Origin: Candidatus Magasanikbacteria bacterium RIFCSPHIGHO2_02_FULL_47_14
GTDB lineage: Bacteria > Patescibacteriota > Patescibacteriia > Magasanikbacterales > UBA922
Length of the DNA stretch: 33,353 nucleotides
Direction: 5' to 3'
Assembly (NCBI GenBank): GCA_001784275.1
Contig: MFQB01000012.1
Span: 1-33,353 of the forward strand
Each line of letters begins with the position of its first letter. Positions within the stretch are counted from its first letter, which is position 1. The notes beneath the pieces are model-generated. The model was not told where the DNA came from. It made no database searches and saw nothing but the letters and a program-made list of their open reading frames with translations. Shown in pieces: positions 8,243 through 15,983 of the stretch. The translations under genes were made by a program, and so were the position numbers.

Positions 8243-10641
8243 AGTATACCAGGATAGTACAGCGCCTCATCTTCTTTTTCTTTTTTTTGTATGTGTTATT
8301 TTATTTGTCGGTTATTGTTTTTCCGGATGTGCGAAACTTTGTTGGGTTTTATACCCCTCTTTCCTTAGTCCATTTTTTTACACTGGTCTTCTGCGTCTCC
8401 ATTGTTTTTTTTCTAAAGACAAAAATATACCATCACCCAAACAAACGACCTAAACACGTGAACCGATGGATAGTGGCAGGCTATAAAATTATTGCTGCAG
8501 CCTTTCACACATCGGCATTACGGCGCGTTGTCACCATCCTACTTTTTATAGCAACCCCGATTGCTCTTTTACCGGCTCAAGCCCTTCTTGACCAAAAAAA
8601 GTGGGCTGGGATCAATGCAGATGTGTTGCAATCTATCTTGCAGGCGCAAAAACCAATATTTTTTGTTTTCTTTTTTTTCTTAACCGCTCTCTGGATACTT
8701 GTTACAAGCAAATATAGCAAAAAATATCTTCCTTTTGCTCAACACGTCTTTTTTATCACGCTTATATTGTTCGAGTATCTTTTTATATCTCAAAAATTCT
8801 TTAACACAACGTACCACATCACCTTCTATCCATTTATTAAACATCTTCTTATATTTATATCGTCTGTAAGTGGCGGGATAAGTGTACTCCATACGTTTGA
8901 CACTTCATACGCGGACTTAAAAAAAGAGAAGCAATCGGAACTGGGTGCCCAGCTGTACTGTATAAAAAAATTCCGCGCTACCTATCCACGCCTTCAAAAT
9001 ATACCCGCTATCGGTCGAGTGACCGAAAACATATACAAACAAGGGTGGTTTGTGACTGGGTTTCTCGGACTCTTTTTGGTAACGTTCTTCTTTTTAACCG
9101 CACCACTCTCACAACGATTCTTGACTGGAGACGAATTTCATATCTTTTCAGTGGCCCAAGGGTTACTCAACTCGACCACGTGTGTAGCCTGGAACCAACT
9201 CTACGACACTCCCGGATACACATATACATCGCAGTGTATTTTATCCGGTATAGTGGCATTCTTCTTTTTTATAACCCAACATGTTTCCATTTTTGTTGCC
9301 AAATTACCCTCTCTTATCGTTTCAGTAGCAAATATCTTCCTCATTTACTCCCTTCTTAGCAAGATAGGGACAAAACAAATAGCTCTTTTTTCGGTTCTAT
9401 TTTACGTTCTGAACCCATTATTTATTTACGAATCAGCCTTTATACGGGGATATATTTATATCGTATTTTTGCTGTTGCTACTTACGCACTTCGTTTTTAA
9501 AATGATTCAGACAACAAACCAAAAAAAAGTATTACTTTTTATATTGCTACAAGGAATAACGCTTTTTACTGGATACAAAATTCATCTCACATTTATTACA
9601 GTTGCTCCGTTTGTTTGTGCGTTATGGATTTGGAAACTCCACGATTACGCAAAAAAAACAAACAGGATGCACCTATTTTCCCTCATCGTAACCTATATCG
9701 GCCTAGCTGGCGTTTGGTTCGCAATACGTTTTTTTGAGCAAAAAAACTGGGCAACGGCAGGTGCCATTTCGCTCCAGTGGAAAACTTTTGATGTCTCTTT
9801 TTTTACATTCCCACCGACTGTCACAAAAATCATTTTCGGTATCGGGATTGCGGGTTTCTTATGCTTTGCATTTAGGCTTTATAAGACAAAAAAGAAAATT
9901 CCGGCGCCGTTCGTTATGGCACTGGTTTTGATTGGTATGTTTGTGAGTACTCACATTATCTACGCGGTATTTGCAGACACAAAAAACTTGATTCTTAGAT
10001 ACATGACCAACATCATTGTGCTCAATGTGATTCTCCTGCCCTTCTTTTTATTTTTGATCATTCGACGCCTCTTAATCCAGAGAATAGCACCCGCAGTGAT
10101 AATTTTACTATTTATGGGAGTACCATATGTTTCCTTTTGGACAAGTGACCGGATGAATAGAGGATGGGATAACACATACAATATTATCGACATGTATTCG
10201 CTTGAAGAATTCACATCTCCTTACCGAGCGAAAGAAAAATGGGGCGCCCCATATACAAAAATAAAAGAGCACATAGAACCAAGTGACACAGTTGCTATCA
10301 TTACAGAGTTAGTACATGATCCAACGATACAGATACTCACGGAACATGCTGCTCAAATTGAACTATTTTGCCTTCGCTTTTCTCCATTCCAATTTATAAA
10401 TAACAGTATTTACTGTGCAGAAGAAGATTACTATTCGACAGAACTTCGCCCGATAAAATACGAGGCCATATCGCGCATACTTGAATCTCATGACAAGACA
10501 TTCATTGTGTTTCCCAGTAGAAAAAATTATAAATTCATGACGCAGACACAGTACATAAATGACCTATTCGGCTTTCAAAAAATATCCGGAACCGGTTTTG
10601 ATACAACATATATCGATGTGTATCTTTATGAAAGACGATAA
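8239..10641 (+). CDS. GT-C fold membrane glycosyltransferase with an extra N-terminal ~7-TM module
   Basis: 800 aa. Its ATG overlaps the upstream stop (ATGA at 8239-8242). The ArnT/PMT-like core starts near aa ~270 with the loop motif RFLTGDEFHIFSVAQGLL, followed by many TM helices and a C-terminal soluble domain. Confidence 0.75.
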   Translation: MKYTRIVQRLIFFFFFLYVLFYLSVIVFPDVRNFVGFYTPLSLVHFFTLVFCVSIVFFLKTKIYHHPNKRPKHVNRWIVAGYKIIAAAFHTSALRRVVTILLFIATPIALLPAQALLDQKKWAGINADVLQSILQAQKPIFFVFFFFLTALWILVTSKYSKKYLPFAQHVFFITLILFEYLFISQKFFNTTYHITFYPFIKHLLIFISSVSGGISVLHTFDTSYADLKKEKQSELGAQLYCIKKFRATYPRLQNIPAIGRVTENIYKQGWFVTGFLGLFLVTFFFLTAPLSQRFLTGDEFHIFSVAQGLLNSTTCVAWNQLYDTPGYTYTSQCILSGIVAFFFFITQHVSIFVAKLPSLIVSVANIFLIYSLLSKIGTKQIALFSVLFYVLNPLFIYESAFIRGYIYIVFLLLLLTHFVFKMIQTTNQKKVLLFILLQGITLFTGYKIHLTFITVAPFVCALWIWKLHDYAKKTNRMHLFSLIVTYIGLAGVWFAIRFFEQKNWATAGAISLQWKTFDVSFFTFPPTVTKIIFGIGIAGFLCFAFRLYKTKKKIPAPFVMALVLIGMFVSTHIIYAVFADTKNLILRYMTNIIVLNVILLPFFLFLIIRRLLIQRIAPAVIILLFMGVPYVSFWTSDRMNRGWDNTYNIIDMYSLEEFTSPYRAKEKWGAPYTKIKEHIEPSDTVAIITELVHDPTIQILTEHAAQIELFCLRFSPFQFINNSIYCAEEDYYSTELRPIKYEAISRILESHDKTFIVFPSRKNYKFMTQTQYINDLFGFQKISGTGFDTTYIDVYLYERR

Positions 10642-11959
10642 GTCGAAAAGCAAATTTTCTTCGATGAGAGAAAAAAATGCTGTCCTTTTCCTTGCTAAAA
10701 TTTTTGATGGCGCAAAACAAGTGCCCCATCTTCAATATTTTATTGGCAACGGTTTTTGGATGACCCTAAAAGAAGGGGCAACGACACTCCTTGGCGTGTT
10801 TGTCTCAGTAGCCCTTGCTCGCCTACTGACAAAAGAAACTTACGGACAATATCAACTCGTCATCACCATTATCAGTCTGTTTTCAGTTTTTTCAATCCCT
10901 GGACTAAACTCGTCACTAACCCGGTCAGTCGCACGTGGATACGACGGAAACTATAGAAATAGTGTGCACATAAGTTTTTGGTGGTCACTTATTGCCGTTC
11001 CTCTTCTCTCAAGTCTCGCGGGGTATTTTTACATTATAGGAAATCAAGATGTAGCGGCGAGCTTCTTGATTTCTGCGATTTTTTTCCCCTTCTTTTATGC
11101 CCCAAATACATGGAATGCATTCTTGGTTGGAAAACAAAAATTTAACCTGCTAACACGCTGGAATATCATTTCCGTTCTTTTCCAAAGTTTTCTTCTCGTA
11201 ACAATGGCCTGGATTTTCAAAAATAATCTTATTGTTTTGGTCTTCAGCTATTTTTTTTCATATACTATTTTCAACTACATATGGTACAAAAAAAGTTTTG
11301 CGCTCATCCAAACAGACAAAAAAAACGAGGAAGACATAGATTATGGTTTTTTCCTTACCAAACTATCGACACTGGAAATCGTCGCGTCATACATAGATAA
11401 AGTGCTCGTCGGACTTCTTCTCGGGCCTGAGTCGCTCGCAATTTACACCATCGTTTCATTGATTGCCGTAAAAATAAAAGACCTATCAAAAGTGGTTGGC
11501 CAACTTATCTTTCCAAAATTTTCAACAAGCAAAAAAACCTTTGTAGACATTCTTTATGCATACCAAAGACCGTGGCTTTTATTTACCTTGAGCATGGTCG
11601 CAATTTCAGGACTATATTACGTCAGTATACCCACTCTTATACGGTTACTTTTCAGTGAACAATATACACCATACACATACCTTGCGCAGTGGTTTACGAT
11701 AACCGTTGTATTGTCGTTCCCTCTTGCGGTTTTAGCATATTATGTACTGGCAAAAAAAGAAAAAAAAATCATAATTCTTTCGCGTCCGATTTTTGCTTTT
11801 ATACGAATAGTACTGAACGCTTTTGCTATTTATTTTTTCGGTCTGATTGGGGCCGTGGTAGCATTTAACTTATCCATGCTCATTCGTCTATTCTTTTTTC
11901 TTTTCGGAATCAAATACACTCAACCAAAAAAAGGCAAAGATGAGTGCCTTAGGATATAA
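10628..11959 (+). CDS. Wzx-like oligosaccharide/polysaccharide flippase (MOP superfamily)
   Basis: Polytopic protein with a Wzx-type N-terminus (VFVSVALARLLTKETYGQYQLVITIISLFSVFSIPGLNSSLTRSVARG). The tracked ORF starts at 10559, 83 nt inside the upstream gene. ATG 10628 (14-nt overlap) or ATG 10664 are more plausible starts. Confidence 0.75.
   Translation: MKDDKSKSKFSSMREKNAVLFLAKIFDGAKQVPHLQYFIGNGFWMTLKEGATTLLGVFVSVALARLLTKETYGQYQLVITIISLFSVFSIPGLNSSLTRSVARGYDGNYRNSVHISFWWSLIAVPLLSSLAGYFYIIGNQDVAASFLISAIFFPFFYAPNTWNAFLVGKQKFNLLTRWNIISVLFQSFLLVTMAWIFKNNLIVLVFSYFFSYTIFNYIWYKKSFALIQTDKKNEEDIDYGFFLTKLSTLEIVASYIDKVLVGLLLGPESLAIYTIVSLIAVKIKDLSKVVGQLIFPKFSTSKKTFVDILYAYQRPWLLFTLSMVAISGLYYVSIPTLIRLLFSEQYTPYTYLAQWFTITVVLSFPLAVLAYYVLAKKEKKIIILSRPIFAFIRIVLNAFAIYFFGLIGAVVAFNLSMLIRLFFFLFGIKYTQPKKGKDECLRI
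11924..11950 (-). terminator. Weak candidate intrinsic terminator of the 19-gene minus-strand operon
   Basis: Minus strand reads AAGGCA-ctcatctt-TGCCTT followed by a T-run (7 T in total). The hairpin begins in the TAA stop of the 11949-13037 gene and lies inside the last codons of the convergent Wzx gene. Confidence 0.35.
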
Positions 11960-13037
11960 ACTCATGAAATGGATAGATATCTTCTCTGTCCAAAATTTGA
12001 ACGAGGAGGCTGACCCCCCACAAAAAAAGACATGTCCCGTGAATATCCGGCTCATTTCTCCCCCGACTTACTGGAGCATCATAATACCACTTTCCTGACG
12101 AACCAGGCAAAAAGGAAAATCCACCGATACTCGGATAGTAATGCGCTCGATATCGTCGAAGCCGGTCCCAGGCAAATGTATTCAGTTCCTCGTTTCGATA
12201 CTCCGTTCCAACCACTTTTGTACAATACGTCAGTACAAACGTTATATTAAAGTGATCACATGCGTGAGTGTCATGTTGTGCGGACAGGACCGTGTCCAAT
12301 ATACGATCTGCATGGGCAAAATTCATTCTTTCCGCAACCAACAAACCCGTTAGGATCTTCATGGCTCCATTTATTTTTTGAGAAAGAGATGGTGTGCCCA
12401 TGTACCAAAATCCGTCTGAGTGTTGTAGTCGATTAACCCAGCGTATCGCTGCGTCTATCAAAGTTTCTTTGTTTTCAGATAAACTACATGCAAGAAAAAA
12501 TAAAAGGTGACTAAAGTGACTTCCCGCTGCCCATGGTTTATGCCAATCAAGGGCCGATAGATATCTCTCTATGTCTTGTTCAGATTCCACAAGCGACGTG
12601 ATTGCATACCGAGGCATATGGGAAAAAAGTGTCATCGCAGAAAATGCCTGGCGTGTTTCAGCAAGGTGTACTTGCTTACCTCTGTGAATGTTGCCTGTCT
12701 TGAAGATATACCACAAACGGTACGGAACGGAAGACCACTCAATCCACTGATCTATAAAAAAACCAGTTGGCTTCTGAAAAGATTGTATAAAATTACATGC
12801 CTCCTCCACTTCTTGTTCATACTCCTTTCTTAACCCAAGTGTGTATATAATCTTTAAAAAGAAAACAGAGTTACCAAGGCCCCATTGCGCTTTTTCTCTG
12901 AGATAGTCACCGGTGAGTGAATAGTGGTATCTCCCCGGTCGGCCAGGCACTTTTAACTTCTGCAAAAATTGAGGAACAGCATGAGGAAGCGCAAGTAGCC
13001 ATTGTTGAATTTCTTCGATGTCTCGTCCGTCAGTCAT
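11949..13037 (-). CDS. Hypothetical protein, possibly alpha/alpha-toroid (prenyltransferase / terpene-cyclase-like or glycan hydrolase/lyase-like repeats)
   Basis: 362 aa with an ATG start. It has recurring Q/YxxxxG(F/G)(F/W) motifs (QKPTGFFIDQW, QHSDGFWYMG, YYPSIGGFSF) and no TM segment. The family call is tentative. Confidence 0.7.
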   Translation of the reverse strand: MTDGRDIEEIQQWLLALPHAVPQFLQKLKVPGRPGRYHYSLTGDYLREKAQWGLGNSVFFLKIIYTLGLRKEYEQEVEEACNFIQSFQKPTGFFIDQWIEWSSVPYRLWYIFKTGNIHRGKQVHLAETRQAFSAMTLFSHMPRYAITSLVESEQDIERYLSALDWHKPWAAGSHFSHLLFFLACSLSENKETLIDAAIRWVNRLQHSDGFWYMGTPSLSQKINGAMKILTGLLVAERMNFAHADRILDTVLSAQHDTHACDHFNITFVLTYCTKVVGTEYRNEELNTFAWDRLRRYRAHYYPSIGGFSFLPGSSGKWYYDAPVSRGRNEPDIHGTCLFLWGVSLLVQILDREDIYPFHEFIS

Positions 13038-13530
13038 ACGAGAGTTCTCTCAAAACTCGGGCCGGGACCCCGACAGCCAGTGAATCCGGTGGCAAATCTT
13101 TCGTGACAACTGCACCAGCACCTACAACAGTATTTTTGCCAATAGAAACACCTGGGTTAACGATCACACCAGAACCCAACCAGACTCCATCATCAATCCT
13201 GACTGGCAGCGCAATATGCTTTCTGACAGAGGCGGGGTGTTCATAGTCCAGCCCCCCGGTATTAATAATACATCCAGGAGAAATACGTACACGACTTCCT
13301 ATGTAAATATCCGCCATCGCGTTAAGCACAACACCATGATTGATTCGTGTCGCATCCCCTACAAAAATATGGTGAGGATGATACACATAGATATTGCCCG
13401 AGACACTGGATAGGCGCCCCAAATTGCCAAAAAGACACCTCCATTTCCATGTCGTTCCGAGTTTATGCAGACCTCGAAGCCATTTAAATATCAGTAAAAA
13501 AAACCGGTGAAAAATCGATACATCTTTCAT
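13030..13530 (-). CDS. Hexapeptide-repeat (LbH) O-acetyltransferase, WcaF / maltose-acetyltransferase-like
   Basis: Left-handed beta-helix repeats (IGSRVRISPGCIINTGG ... IDDGVWLGSGVIVNPGVSIGKNTVVGAGAVVTKDLP). The tracked start at 13557 is TTG. ATG at 13530 lies 1 nt after the upstream stop and is preferred. Confidence 0.85.
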   Translation of the reverse strand: MKDVSIFHRFFLLIFKWLRGLHKLGTTWKWRCLFGNLGRLSSVSGNIYVYHPHHIFVGDATRINHGVVLNAMADIYIGSRVRISPGCIINTGGLDYEHPASVRKHIALPVRIDDGVWLGSGVIVNPGVSIGKNTVVGAGAVVTKDLPPDSLAVGVPARVLRELSYD

Positions 13531-13531
13531 A

Positions 13532-14194
13532 TCACTTTTTATTATGCGCAATAACAATTATCTTCCGGCTAAAAAATGAATGGCGGAGCAATCTAAAAAA
13601 AATGCCCCCTGTCGGGATAATCTCGACGTCAAAAAAGTATTTTTTGAATAACTTTTTTGCTTTAGAGACAGTAAACTTATTTACGTGAGTTGGATCATCG
13701 TGTAGTCGTTGAAATCTTCCAAAAAAAACATCAATGATGTCGTACACACGCTTGACTGGATAGTTGGGAGTAACAAAAAAACAAACACCGTCTGGATAGA
13801 GAATACGATGAATCTCTTGCATGTAAAAATCAATGTCAGAAATCGGTATATGCTCGATGACTTGGTCTGAGTGAATAAGGTGAAACGTATCTCGGTCAAA
13901 TGGTAACGGTTCCAACGGTTTCACTAAAAGCATATTCTTCCATCCTTCTCTCTGGAGACGTTGGACTCTTGTATCTGATACTTCTACGCCATAGATGTTT
14001 TCTTTTTTAAACCAAGCAGTAAAAAACGGTACATATTTTCCATTACCAAAACCATAGTCAAGACACCTCCGCTCCTGATCTGAAGACAATAAAGGAAGGA
14101 CATTCTCACGAAATGCCGCCTCCCAGGCAGTGGGTACTACACCTTTTTGTGCCCGATCACGGGCATACTGTTCAAAATCTTGAGACATACTCAT
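13532..14194 (-). CDS. Class I SAM-dependent methyltransferase
   Basis: Motif I is CLDYGFGNGKY, with post-I/II elements (VEVSD ... FHLIHSDQVIEHI). The tracked start at 14239 is GTG. In-frame ATGs lie at 14215, 14194 and 14188, so the start is uncertain. Confidence 0.8.
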   Translation of the reverse strand: MSMSQDFEQYARDRAQKGVVPTAWEAAFRENVLPLLSSDQERRCLDYGFGNGKYVPFFTAWFKKENIYGVEVSDTRVQRLQREGWKNMLLVKPLEPLPFDRDTFHLIHSDQVIEHIPISDIDFYMQEIHRILYPDGVCFFVTPNYPVKRVYDIIDVFFGRFQRLHDDPTHVNKFTVSKAKKLFKKYFFDVEIIPTGGIFFRLLRHSFFSRKIIVIAHNKK

Positions 14195-15263
14195 CACTAG
14201 ATAGGATTCCTTCATGCAAAAGAATATCGCGTATGGCACGAAATGTAAAGTCGTATGTATACCCGAGTCGAACTAATTGTTCCCGTGTATTGACGATCGT
14301 GTTGGTTGCAAGCAATATCTTTTTTGCCAAGTCGTCTGGATCTGGCTTTGCAACAAACCCTCCAACACGCCAGACATGTGATACAGCCGCCGGGCTATCG
14401 TCACAGCAGACAACAGGTATATTGCAGGCCGCTGCCTCCAATATAATACGCGGACCCATCTCACGATAGTTCGTTGTCGTCAATAAACACCGAGATTGGT
14501 TATACAAGCGAGCAACTTCTTCCGGCGACTGCCAGCCCGCGAATGTTGTAACGTGGGGGTATTCTCGCTTTAGTCTTGCACCGGGCATCACCAATGTCTT
14601 TCCCGCCCGTGCGGTAGCACGTATTGCCAACTCCGGACGCTTCCAATATCCCTCGGAACCACGAGATGGATAGATACAGTCCCACCGTTTCGGCTCGTCT
14701 ATATTTGGTCGAAATATTTTTTCATTCGCGGGCTTTGGAGCGACAATAATGCGACTCTGATCGATATATATTCTCGCTGCAAGCTGCTTTTTTTGAAAAT
14801 CATGATCAACTAAGTGATAATCAACGCACCGATGATACCTCCCAACAGACTTTTTGAGACTTCTATTCGAATACGAAATTTTTAAGTAATCTTTCAATGT
14901 ATAGGAAATAGCTGAACTATAATATAATAACTTTATACACCTCATGGATGAAACTCCTTGTAAAAAATCATCATATGGAAAACTGTGATGATTTAAAAAC
15001 AGAACGTCCGGTTTTTCCAAAGCAAGATATTGTAGAATTTCCTTTTTTGTGCGACAAAAATAATAGCTGAGCGATTGGGTGTGGGACTGATAACTGCCGT
15101 AACAAAAATCAGAGAGCGTGACGATACGCACGTCAAAAAAATCAGACAAACGGCGCGCGGCATATACCGTAGAGTCTTCAACGGCCAGCATCGCCCCCCC
15201 ACCCTCTGGCACCAACTTTTTTTGCCAATGCCAAATAAAAAAAATCTTTTTTTTCATCTCCAT
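14172..15263 (-). CDS. GT-B fold glycosyltransferase (GT4-like)
   Basis: 363 aa with an ATG start. The C-terminal half has the E-x7-E type segment NYREMGPRIILEAAACNIPVVCCD. Confidence 0.8.
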   Translation of the reverse strand: MEMKKKIFFIWHWQKKLVPEGGGAMLAVEDSTVYAARRLSDFFDVRIVTLSDFCYGSYQSHTQSLSYYFCRTKKEILQYLALEKPDVLFLNHHSFPYDDFLQGVSSMRCIKLLYYSSAISYTLKDYLKISYSNRSLKKSVGRYHRCVDYHLVDHDFQKKQLAARIYIDQSRIIVAPKPANEKIFRPNIDEPKRWDCIYPSRGSEGYWKRPELAIRATARAGKTLVMPGARLKREYPHVTTFAGWQSPEEVARLYNQSRCLLTTTNYREMGPRIILEAAACNIPVVCCDDSPAAVSHVWRVGGFVAKPDPDDLAKKILLATNTIVNTREQLVRLGYTYDFTFRAIRDILLHEGILSSDEYVSRF

Positions 15264-15268
15264 AGGTA

Positions 15269-15976
15269 TTACTTTTGCGCTATCACAAGATAGAGGCTGG
15301 GATATGCAGTATACACTCCGCGTTTTTGTTCTTCATATACTTCGGAACACAGTATATTGTTCGATGACCGGAAAAAAAAACTTTTGAATAACTTCGTAAC
15401 AAAAAATAAACAAAGAAGCGGCCAATACCAGATTTTTTTATATAGCATATTCATAAGAGTCAAGTCAAAGTCACCAACTTGGTATACTGAAACGGAAGAA
15501 AAATTGCGAAACAAAAATTTCAAAGAATGAAATCCAAAACGAAAATAGTCCGGGAGACTATGTAACCGATACATAAATGGAACAACCACGATAGCATAAC
15601 CGTCTTGTTTCAACGTACGTTGCATTTCGTCTACAGCTCGCTGTGGTTCCGGAAGATGTTCAAGAGAGGCGACAGACAAAAAATTATTTACTGTCCCGTC
15701 TCCAAAAGGCATGTTCTGCATGTCAACAAACACCTCATACGGCGGCACAATATTGCTGGCTATGTATGTGAGCCGAGGGTTGACTTTCCTGTAGGTCGCA
15801 TTCGTTTTTGGTGATGAACCAAGATCAACAACTGACCCGCTGAGCTGTGATAGCAACTGTGCTAATATCGTATCTGTGAGGAGGCGCGGTATAGAGCTTC
15901 TATAAAATAAAATCTTCCAGGCATTTCGAAAAAGAAAATAAAAAGATAAAATCGGTTTATGCAATTCAAGAGACAT
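15269..15976 (-). CDS. SAM-dependent methyltransferase (Methyltransf_11-like, degenerate motif I)
   Basis: 235 aa. Motifs seen: VVDLGSSPKTN ... MPFGDGTVNNFLSVASLEHLPEPQRAVDEMQRTLKQDGYAIVVVP. Confidence 0.7.
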   Translation of the reverse strand: MSLELHKPILSFYFLFRNAWKILFYRSSIPRLLTDTILAQLLSQLSGSVVDLGSSPKTNATYRKVNPRLTYIASNIVPPYEVFVDMQNMPFGDGTVNNFLSVASLEHLPEPQRAVDEMQRTLKQDGYAIVVVPFMYRLHSLPDYFRFGFHSLKFLFRNFSSVSVYQVGDFDLTLMNMLYKKIWYWPLLCLFFVTKLFKSFFFRSSNNILCSEVYEEQKRGVYTAYPSLYLVIAQK

Positions 15977-15983
15977 ATCAAAT

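Noticed and set aside
10559-10627. The long 5' extension of the Wzx ORF, starting at 10559.
   Set aside because: It would overlap the upstream GT-C gene by 83 nt, and the extra residues are not part of the Wzx N-terminal pattern. ATG 10628 or 10664 is more plausible.
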